From: an uncultured Candidatus Saccharibacteria bacterium
GTDB taxonomy: Bacteria; Patescibacteriota; UBA1384; XYA2-FULL-43-10; 1-14-0-10-43-13
Assembly (NCBI GenBank): GCA_964543385.1
Contig: CAZIYE010000002.1
Location: forward strand, 1-32,000
Reading direction: 5' to 3'
Length of the DNA: 32,000 nt
Both the position numbers and the translations under genes were made by a program. The notes under the pieces are model-generated. The model saw nothing but the letters and a program-made list of their open reading frames with translations. It was not told the DNA's origin and made no database searches. Below are positions 25,046 to 32,000 of this stretch, in pieces. The first letter of the stretch is position 1, and each line of letters begins with the position of its first letter.

Positions 25046-25052
25046 GAGGCAA

Positions 25053-26054
25053 ATGACACAGAAAATAAAAGTTGATATATCTGTAGTGTCCGTTTTAAAA
25101 ATACTAGCAGTATTAGGTACTATTTATCTTCTCTTTGTCATTAGGGAGGTGATAGTTTTACTATTCATCGTGGCTATTCTAGTTATTACTTTCAGACCTA
25201 TCGTAAAAAGTTGGTCAAAAGCAATAGGAAAACCACTATCAATTTTATCATTGGTACTTATTCTCATACTTTTTATTGCTGGATTCGTTTATGTTATTAT
25301 TCCACCTCTTGTGGAACAAACTAAACAGCTAGCCAATGTAATACCAGATTTACTTACACAATCGTCATTTATTCGTGCTCATGTGCCTGAAATAGGAAAG
25401 GGTATCTCCACGATTGCTGAAAGTCTTGGCGGGGTTACCAGTAGCTTTATTTCATTTACGGCCAGTGTGTTCGGCGGAATAGTCTCATTTTTCACAATAA
25501 TTATATTAACGATCTACTTTTTGGCAGATGAAAAAATATTCCAAAATTTCAGAGCATTGATTCCAAAACACAAAGAAGGCGATGCCTATGTTTTGATGGG
25601 CAAAATCAGTATAAAGATTGGAGATTGGCTGAGAGGACAATTGTTGCTTGGTTTGATAATAGGTGTGTGTGTTTATATAGGTTTGAGCCTAATTGGTGTT
25701 AAATATGCCTTGGTGTTAGCCATTATTTCCGCCGTTCTGGAAATTATCCCAATTGTTGGTCCCGTTATCTCTGGCGCACTTGCGGCACTAATAAGTTTAT
25801 CAATATCTCCGCTGACGGCTCTTATCGTGGTTATCTTTTATATATTATTATCACAGCTAGAGAATACTCTTATAGTACCTAAAGTTATGCAAAAAGCGGT
25901 TGGCTTGCCTCCAGCAATTATAATTATTGCTGTTTTGATTGGTGGTAAAATCCTTGGTATTATTGGCGCGCTATTGGCTGTACCAATAGCCGCTATACTT
26001 TTTGTTGTAGTACAAGAGTGGGGTATCATTAGAAAGATCACTTCCAAGGAATGA
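25053..26054 (+). CDS. AI-2E-family transporter (PerM/UPF0118)
   Basis: Multi-TM; GLSLIGVKYALVLAIISAVLEIIPIVGPVISG; LENTLIVPKVMQKAVGLPP. Confidence 0.92.
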   Translation: MTQKIKVDISVVSVLKILAVLGTIYLLFVIREVIVLLFIVAILVITFRPIVKSWSKAIGKPLSILSLVLILILFIAGFVYVIIPPLVEQTKQLANVIPDLLTQSSFIRAHVPEIGKGISTIAESLGGVTSSFISFTASVFGGIVSFFTIIILTIYFLADEKIFQNFRALIPKHKEGDAYVLMGKISIKIGDWLRGQLLLGLIIGVCVYIGLSLIGVKYALVLAIISAVLEIIPIVGPVISGALAALISLSISPLTALIVVIFYILLSQLENTLIVPKVMQKAVGLPPAIIIIAVLIGGKILGIIGALLAVPIAAILFVVVQEWGIIRKITSKE

Positions 26055-26470
26055 AAACAGAATTTTACAACAAAAAAGCCCGTTTTGATTATGAAATCAT
26101 CGAATCCATGGAGGCCGGAATTGTCCTAACTGGTGAAGAAATCAAAGCCATTAGAACAGGGAGAGTCAGTCTCGTCGCTTCATATGCAAAGATAATTAGT
26201 GGTGAAGTTTTTTGGCTGGGTGGAAATTTTCTTGGTATCACAGTACCGGATAGAACCAAAAAACTTCTTTTGAATAAAAGTCAGATAAAAAGCCTGATTG
26301 GAAAAATACAGGAAGGAGGAATGACCTTAATTCCTCTAAAACTTTATCTCAAAAAAGGTAAGGCTAAATTAGAGTTAGGCCTTGGCCGTGGTAAGAAAAA
26401 GTATGATAAGAGAGAATCTATAAAACGTCACGATCAAGAGCGAGAGGCTGCTCGCAGGATAAAAGTTTAG
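26051..26470 (+). CDS. smpB: SsrA-binding protein
   Basis: NKKARFDYEIIESMEAGIVLTGEEIKAIRTGRVSLVASYAKI...KGKAKLELGLGRGKKKYDKRESIKRHDQEREAAR. Confidence 0.97.
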   Translation: MKTEFYNKKARFDYEIIESMEAGIVLTGEEIKAIRTGRVSLVASYAKIISGEVFWLGGNFLGITVPDRTKKLLLNKSQIKSLIGKIQEGGMTLIPLKLYLKKGKAKLELGLGRGKKKYDKRESIKRHDQEREAARRIKV

Positions 26471-27018
26471 TTTACTAAAGGTTTTTTACTATATTGGCAT
26501 CCGCAATATTGTTGTCTATATAATCCGAAATTATTTGATAGTTCGATTGATTTTTTATATCCATCTTCTTTCTTAAAATCAAAAAAAATAAAATTGTCAG
26601 AAATATTTTCCCCAATTTCCTTTATCATCGCTGAGTTTTTGTGTGGCGATATCGGTAATGTGGTAGAAAAATTTGATTCTAACTGTTTGCTAAAATCAGC
26701 TGTTTTTCTCAATCTGAACTCAATGCATTTTCTGCATCTTTCGCCACCTTCTGGCTCATTGTCGAGGCCTTTTATATATTGATGCCATTGTGAATTTTCA
26801 GAGATATAATCATAATTGTTATCGATTATGATTCCTCTGCAATCTTTTTTTTCTAAAAAATTCTTTAACGTCTCGTGCCTTTTTTCATGTTCGGAAAAGG
26901 GCTCAATATTGGGGTTATACCAAAAAATTAAGCTTATGATATTAAGAGTTTCTAATTTTTCTAGTGATGCTGTAAGACATGGAGCGCAGCAGGTGTGAAG
27001 TAAAATTTTATTTTCCAT
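26467..27018 (-). CDS. queH: Epoxyqueuosine reductase QueH
   Basis: LLHTCCAPC, FWYNPNIEP, GERCRKCIEFRL, YRQQYCGCQYS; stop codon overlaps that of smpB on the opposite strand. Confidence 0.93.
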   Translation of the reverse strand: MENKILLHTCCAPCLTASLEKLETLNIISLIFWYNPNIEPFSEHEKRHETLKNFLEKKDCRGIIIDNNYDYISENSQWHQYIKGLDNEPEGGERCRKCIEFRLRKTADFSKQLESNFSTTLPISPHKNSAMIKEIGENISDNFIFFDFKKEDGYKKSIELSNNFGLYRQQYCGCQYSKKPLVN

Positions 27019-27969
27019 TTAAATTTTTTCTATTATCCTGAGTTTAGCGCTTCTCGATCTTATATTTATTTCCATTTCTTTGTCTGTCGGGAGAATCGGT
27101 TTTCTTGTTATTATTTTGACCGTAGGTTTTTTGCCGCATATGCAGGGCATTGCCTTTGGACATTCGCATGGATCGGTTAGCTTTAGAAAAGCATGTTTAA
27201 CTATCCGATCTTCCAGGGAATGGAACGTTATAATTGCAAGTCGGCCGCCTTTTTTCAGAGTGTCTGCAAAATTATAAATAGCTTCATCTAATTTAGTAAG
27301 TTCTGAATTTACTTCAATCCTTAAAGCCTGAAAAGTTCTAGTAGCAAAATGTGTCCGGCCATGTTTGAATTTATCAGGCATTGATTTTGCTATTATATCT
27401 AATAGATCGCCAATTTTTTCTATCTTCTTTGTTTTTCTTATATCGCAAATATTCCTGGCAATCCTTTTTGCGAAAGGCTCTTCGCCATATTCTTTGAGAA
27501 TGTGTTCCATCCTGGCCTCGGGGTAATTGCCGAGAATATATTTTGCGTCAAATTTTTTTGTTTGATCCATCCTCATGTCGAGAGGTTGATTAGGATCTTT
27601 GAAAGAAAAACCACGCTCTGATCTATCCAACTGCATAGATGAGACGCCAAGATCTATCAGCGCTCCGCTAATAGATGGTGCGTTTAAATCGCCTAAGATG
27701 GTTTTGATATTTTTGAAATTGTCATGAACCAGGGTAAAATTTTCTTCTAATCCAGCCTTCTTAGTATTAGATTCAGCAATTATTAGTGCTTCTTGGTCTT
27801 GGTCTATTCCTATAATTCGAAGTTCATTTGTCGAAATTTGGAAATTATCAGCTAGAGCTAGACTGTGTCCAGCGGCTCCGAGAGTGCCATCAACAAAAAT
27901 TGGATTCTTTAAATCCTTCAAATAATCAAAACATTCTACTATTTCTTTTTTTAATACCGGTATATGCAT
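27019..27969 (-). CDS. rsmH: 16S rRNA (cytosine(1402)-N(4))-methyltransferase
   Basis: MHIPVLKKEIVECF, DGTLGAAGHS, DLGVSSMQLDRSERGFSF, PLDMRMD, FQALRIEVNSEL, ITFHSLEDRIVK. Confidence 0.96.
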   Translation of the reverse strand: MHIPVLKKEIVECFDYLKDLKNPIFVDGTLGAAGHSLALADNFQISTNELRIIGIDQDQEALIIAESNTKKAGLEENFTLVHDNFKNIKTILGDLNAPSISGALIDLGVSSMQLDRSERGFSFKDPNQPLDMRMDQTKKFDAKYILGNYPEARMEHILKEYGEEPFAKRIARNICDIRKTKKIEKIGDLLDIIAKSMPDKFKHGRTHFATRTFQALRIEVNSELTKLDEAIYNFADTLKKGGRLAIITFHSLEDRIVKHAFLKLTDPCECPKAMPCICGKKPTVKIITRKPILPTDKEMEINIRSRSAKLRIIEKI

Positions 27970-28058
27970 TAGCCGAAGAATCATTGATATTTACTCTATT
28001 TCTGTAAGATTCTATCATAAAATTGAAAATTTATCCACGTTGATATATCATAGTACCC

Positions 28059-29645
28059 ATGGATACAAAAAAAATACCCTTCGTGACACCAGAAGGATTA
28101 GATTTCATTTCCAATTTTTCTTCGAGCTTTGCCGAAGCTAATAATTTAAAATCTGATAATGACAAAACAATCAGCTCGGCTTTTATCTATGAAAAGCTCA
28201 GGGTTGCCGTCGAATATCAGGAAGAACATCTGATTTTAAAGAATGCGATGAGCAGGATACTCAGGAGAAAATGTACACTTTCTCCTAATATTAATGCTGA
28301 CCAATTATTTTCCGATCTTATTAGCGAACTGGCTTGGGCAAACTATATAAATCCTGAAGTGCTGAAAGAAAAAGATTCTGAGAGTATAATCTCTATTATT
28401 GATAAATATCTAACCATACTCAAATATGCCAAAACCGGTCGCTTTGCGCGTCACGAGTTGAATCATGCTGTCATGGACTGGCTTGCATGCGAAATTGATG
28501 AGTTTCTAAGACCAGACAAAAGCGAGCAAATTATTGTTGACTATGCCTACAACACTCTTATTAAGAGTCTGGATTTGTCAGAGGTTAGAATTGACGAGAA
28601 AGAAAATGAAATTCAGATGAAGGGTGCAATCTATGGATTCATCCTGAAGCCGGATTATGCACAGGTGCAATATTGGTTTCTGAAAAATATCTACCCCGAT
28701 TGGAATAGCTGGGGGATAGAAGAGATGAAGAAGATGGCTAGAAGCTTCGATCCATACTATAACAAGCTTGACCATGCACTAAATCATCCGTACCGTAAAA
28801 ATTATATCCAATTTGTAAAACGCCTCATCCCTCCATTTATACTCTTATACTCTGTCATGATAAAGAAAAAACTCAGTGCTTCGGAGGTAGGGGAGAAGCC
28901 GGCGTTATTGCATAGCCTTATTATGGAAGAATATAACCTTAAAGTTGCCGAAGCAAGAAATAAAGTATGGAGAGGTACCTTTAGGGCTTTAATATTTATA
29001 TTAATAACAAAAATTTCTCTGGCCTTTATTATTGAAATACCTTTTGACAAATATGTCTCTGGTTCGATTGATATGGTTTCTTTGATAATAAATATCTCCT
29101 TGCCTCCGTTGCTGATGTTATTTGCTGGTACATTTGTCAAATCTCCTTCTCGTCGAAATTACAAAACAATCTCGGATAGTGTCATCAGTCTTTTGACTCA
29201 AAATCAGTTGGATAATAAAAAATACACTCTTGTTAAAAGCCGATCCACTACATTCATGTTCTTTAATTTAGCTTATTCCTTCATTTCTTTGGGTATATTG
29301 TCTGCAGTAATTTGGCTATTGCTCTATCTCAAATTTAATATTGTTAGCATTACACTTTTCTTTTTCTTTGTCTCTGTTGTCTCTTTCTTCTCATTTAGAA
29401 TTAGAAATATCGCCCTGGAGCTAGCGATGAAGAGGGGGCGGGATGATGCTCTTACTTCGATACTAGAACTTGTCTTCATGCCTTTTATTCGTATTGGAAA
29501 ATTCTTCTCTGATCGGTTTGCTTCTTTTAACCCAATGATTTTGGCTTTGGATTTTCTTATTGAGGCTCCGCTTAAAACAGTCATAAAAATTATGAACTCT
29601 TGGCTGCGCTTTATAAACGCAAAAAAAGAGGAATTAGAATTATAA
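28059..29645 (+). CDS. Hypothetical multi-domain membrane protein (528 aa)
   Basis: Long intact ORF, two TM pairs in the second half, no family recognised. Confidence 0.8.
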   Translation: MDTKKIPFVTPEGLDFISNFSSSFAEANNLKSDNDKTISSAFIYEKLRVAVEYQEEHLILKNAMSRILRRKCTLSPNINADQLFSDLISELAWANYINPEVLKEKDSESIISIIDKYLTILKYAKTGRFARHELNHAVMDWLACEIDEFLRPDKSEQIIVDYAYNTLIKSLDLSEVRIDEKENEIQMKGAIYGFILKPDYAQVQYWFLKNIYPDWNSWGIEEMKKMARSFDPYYNKLDHALNHPYRKNYIQFVKRLIPPFILLYSVMIKKKLSASEVGEKPALLHSLIMEEYNLKVAEARNKVWRGTFRALIFILITKISLAFIIEIPFDKYVSGSIDMVSLIINISLPPLLMLFAGTFVKSPSRRNYKTISDSVISLLTQNQLDNKKYTLVKSRSTTFMFFNLAYSFISLGILSAVIWLLLYLKFNIVSITLFFFFVSVVSFFSFRIRNIALELAMKRGRDDALTSILELVFMPFIRIGKFFSDRFASFNPMILALDFLIEAPLKTVIKIMNSWLRFINAKKEELEL

Positions 29646-29658
29646 AATAAGGAGAAAT

Positions 29659-30057
29659 ATGTTAGAAGAAAAAGTTATCTTAGTTGTAGATGATGATCTA
29701 ACTCTTTTGGAGATGTATGTTGAGAGAATCAAGGCCGAAGGAGCCATTGTTATAGAGGCCAGGGATGGAGAAGAAGCACTCGAGAAGATTCGCGAAACAA
29801 AACCGAATATTATAATGCTTGATGTTATGATGCCCAAAATCAATGGATTTGACGTTCTAAAACAAATAAAAAGCGATGTTGAGACAGCTGGTATTCCAGT
29901 AATCATACTAACTGCGCTATCAGACGACCAAAAAAGAAGACAGGGTTTACAACTCGGCGCTGCTGATTTTATTGTCAAAGCAGAAACTTTACCTATCGAT
30001 GTTATTGAGAAAATTAGGAATCTTCTTGCAACTGAAAGTATGGGGCAGCCACTATAA
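29659..30057 (+). CDS. Stand-alone response-regulator receiver domain protein
   Basis: VILVVDDDLTLLEMYVERI...NIIMLDVMMPKINGFDVL...PVIILTALSDDQ...GAADFIVKAE; ggag RBS. Confidence 0.95.
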   Translation: MLEEKVILVVDDDLTLLEMYVERIKAEGAIVIEARDGEEALEKIRETKPNIIMLDVMMPKINGFDVLKQIKSDVETAGIPVIILTALSDDQKRRQGLQLGAADFIVKAETLPIDVIEKIRNLLATESMGQPL

Positions 30058-30206
30058 ATTATTTGAGAGAGTTTACGACAAAATTGATGACCATCGGTCG
30101 TCATCTAGTCGAATCATTTCTCATACGGATGTATTAGGTCCAGTCAAATTATTTTTAGCACCAACTTGTACTGAAAAAATATATTGAGTCTCGCACGATT
30201 ATATAT

Positions 30207-30350
30207 TTATTTTATTGGAGAAGAAACCTTGCAATCTCTGCAAAATAAAACTTTTTCTGTTTTCTTTACTACAGAGACGCCATCAGCGTCTTTTGTAATT
30301 ACTGATTTCTCTTTTTCTTCCATCTTGCTTCCACAACGGGGACAGTTCAT
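30207..30350 (-). CDS. Small zinc-ribbon protein (47 aa), absent from the supplied ORF track
   Basis: Direct translation: MNCPRCGSKMEEKEKSVITKDADGVSVVKKTEKVLFCRDCKVSSPIK; two CxxC knuckles. Confidence 0.6.
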   Translation of the reverse strand: MNCPRCGSKMEEKEKSVITKDADGVSVVKKTEKVLFCRDCKVSSPIK

Positions 30351-30560
30351 ACTGGGCCTTTCTCTTACTTATCTTAAACACTAGACTCAATCAGGCATTA
30401 ATGCAAGGATTTACTGGATATTTGCCATTTTTCTATATAACAAATTTCCCCATAAATATATCTGTGTGTTATATCTTTGGGCTTAATATGTAATGGCAAG
30501 GTGCCTTGGCTTGATCGTAAAATTATGATATAGATAATAAGTTAAGTCATTGCAATAACT

Positions 30561-31247
30561 ATGGTCAATGGAGAAATGAAGCAAAATTTCAAATATATAG
30601 ATGTAATCACCGTAATATTTGTCGCAGTATTATTGATATCTAATATCGCCTCGACAAAAATCACCCAGATCGGTGGTTTTTCTCTTGATGGCGGTACAAT
30701 ACTTTTTCCTCTAGCCTATATTTTTAACGATATCTTGACCGAGGTTTATGGATATAGGCAATCAAGGAAGGTTATTTGGTTAGGTTTTGCTAGCGCTATT
30801 TTGATGTCCATAACCCTTGGTTTGGTCGGATTTTTGCCCTCCGCGAATGGCTGGGAGAACCAAGATGCTTATCAAAAAATTCTTGGTCAGGCGCCAAGAA
30901 TAGTTATCGCAAGCCTTTGTGCTTATCTAGTGGGAGAGTTCTCAAATTCTTTTATCCTTGCAAAAATGAAAATTGCCTCCAAGGGAAAATGGCTCTGGAT
31001 GAGAACTGTAGGATCAACATTAGTAGGTGAGCTATTAGACAGTCTGATCTTTATCGTCATTGCTTTTTCTGGCGTTTTGCCAAAAGAACTAATAATCGCT
31101 CTGATCGTCTCAAACTATGTATTTAAAACGGCTATCGAGATAATTTTCACTCCGATAACTTATGTTATAGTTAACTTCTTGAAGAAGGCAGAGGGCCAAG
31201 ATTACTATGACAAAAAGACAAATTTTAATCCATTTGCTTTAAAATAG
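30561..31247 (+). CDS. Queuosine precursor transporter (YhhQ/VUT family)
   Basis: NIASTKITQIGGFSLDGGTILFPLAYIFNDILTEVYGYRQSRKVIW ... VGEFSNSFILAKMKI...RTVGSTLVGELLDSLIFI. Confidence 0.92.
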   Translation: MVNGEMKQNFKYIDVITVIFVAVLLISNIASTKITQIGGFSLDGGTILFPLAYIFNDILTEVYGYRQSRKVIWLGFASAILMSITLGLVGFLPSANGWENQDAYQKILGQAPRIVIASLCAYLVGEFSNSFILAKMKIASKGKWLWMRTVGSTLVGELLDSLIFIVIAFSGVLPKELIIALIVSNYVFKTAIEIIFTPITYVIVNFLKKAEGQDYYDKKTNFNPFALK

Positions 31248-31343
31248 CTTAGCCCAATTATTACTCCGATCTCTTGCATGTGTAGGATGGCGCAACTATA
31301 ATTATCAGTAGATTCCAATTTTATATATTAAAAAAAGGAACAA

Positions 31344-31574
31344 ATGAGCAAAGATATAATCAGGAGATTAATCGGCGACTCCATCGTTGTAGAGGAGAGA
31401 TCAATACCTATCTACACTCGTCATCTAAAAGATTCCTTATTTTGGTCGCCATTTTCTCCGAAAGAGGAAGAATCCATCAAAAGCAAACTCCAGATTCTCG
31501 AATCACAGTCAGAGGAACATGTTATTTTGCTGCGAAAACTTGGTGAATTATTAAGGGAGGAACAATGTTCATAA
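31344..31574 (+). CDS. Small hypothetical protein
   Basis: 76 aa, preceded by gaaaaaaggaac-like RBS, overlaps next ORF by 10 nt. Confidence 0.6.
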   Translation: MSKDIIRRLIGDSIVVEERSIPIYTRHLKDSLFWSPFSPKEEESIKSKLQILESQSEEHVILLRKLGELLREEQCS

Positions 31575-31765
31575 AAAGAGAATATCTAAAATATTTCAAC
31601 GAGATTGAGCAAGTCGAGGCAGAGATGATTCGACGAGCCAAAGAATTACAAAAAGTCTTCGAAGGTAGTAGAGAAGCTACAGCGCTAGTCAACACGTGGC
31701 TTGCAGATGAAGAATCCCATCGCGAAATTGCACAAGAACTTATCAAAATAGTCAAAAAGAGATAG
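31565..31765 (+). CDS. Small coiled-coil hypothetical protein
   Basis: 66 aa, overlaps the previous ORF; charged helical composition. Confidence 0.6.
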   Translation: MFIKREYLKYFNEIEQVEAEMIRRAKELQKVFEGSREATALVNTWLADEESHREIAQELIKIVKKR

Positions 31766-31820
31766 ATATCGGCCTTAATAAAGGGTTGATAAAGTAGTCA
31801 ATTACTGCTACATTTTTGTA

Positions 31821-32000
31821 ATGTATAAAAGAATATCAAACTTCAAATATAAGCGTTTGCGTCATGCCGTATCTGTCCCATTTATTTTTGGTATGGCGAT
31901 ACCAATCGTCATACTGGATTTTTTTATAGAGATTTATCACCATGTTGCCTTTCCTCTCTATGGACTGCCAATTATCGAACGCAAGAAATACATTAGAATA
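31821..32000 (+). CDS. Partial CDS running off the window; conserved membrane protein
   Basis: MYKRISNFKYKRLRHAVSVPFIFGMAIPIVILDFFIEIYHHVAFPLYGLPIIERKKYIRI... open to the edge. Confidence 0.7.
   Translation, partial: MYKRISNFKYKRLRHAVSVPFIFGMAIPIVILDFFIEIYHHVAFPLYGLPIIERKKYIRI

Noticed and set aside
26471-32000. tmRNA near smpB
   Set aside because: No tRNA-like domain with a tag-peptide reading frame was recognised next to smpB; it may be elsewhere in the genome.

Overview
32 kb bacterial chromosomal window. By gene content and style it looks like a small-genome or uncultivated lineage, but that is inference and no taxonomic marker was searched. Left part (about 0.9-9.3 kb) is accessory: a serine recombinase whose 3' end crosses a duplicated 3' end of tRNA-Arg(TCG), a replication-relaxation-like gene, an IS481-like insertion with matching terminal inverted repeats, and a 1.2-kaa surface protein combining beta-helix, polysaccharide deacetylase and repeated cell-surface domains. 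Middle part (10.9-19.5 kb) is a 13-gene co-directional cluster: DUF5320-like, SDR, DUF134-like, thioredoxin, DsbD/CcdA-like, YibE/F, two ZIP transporters around an anchored rhodanese, a ferritin-like protein and a secreted coiled-coil protein. It reads as a candidate envelope thiol/metal-handling module. Right part is housekeeping: ogt, rny, ymdB-like, HU, two DUF881 genes, an AI-2E-family permease, smpB, queH, rsmH, a lone receiver-domain protein and a queuosine-precursor transporter. Eight tRNAs were read directly from the sequence. The most novel small-scale signals are (a) a conserved short peptide-like reading frame lying tail-to-tail with each of two XRE genes, (b) the tRNA 3'-end duplication inside the recombinase ORF, (c) G1:U72 acceptor pairs in all three tRNA-Arg and in tRNA-Glu, and (d) a shared 25-bp upstream motif before an XRE gene and rny.
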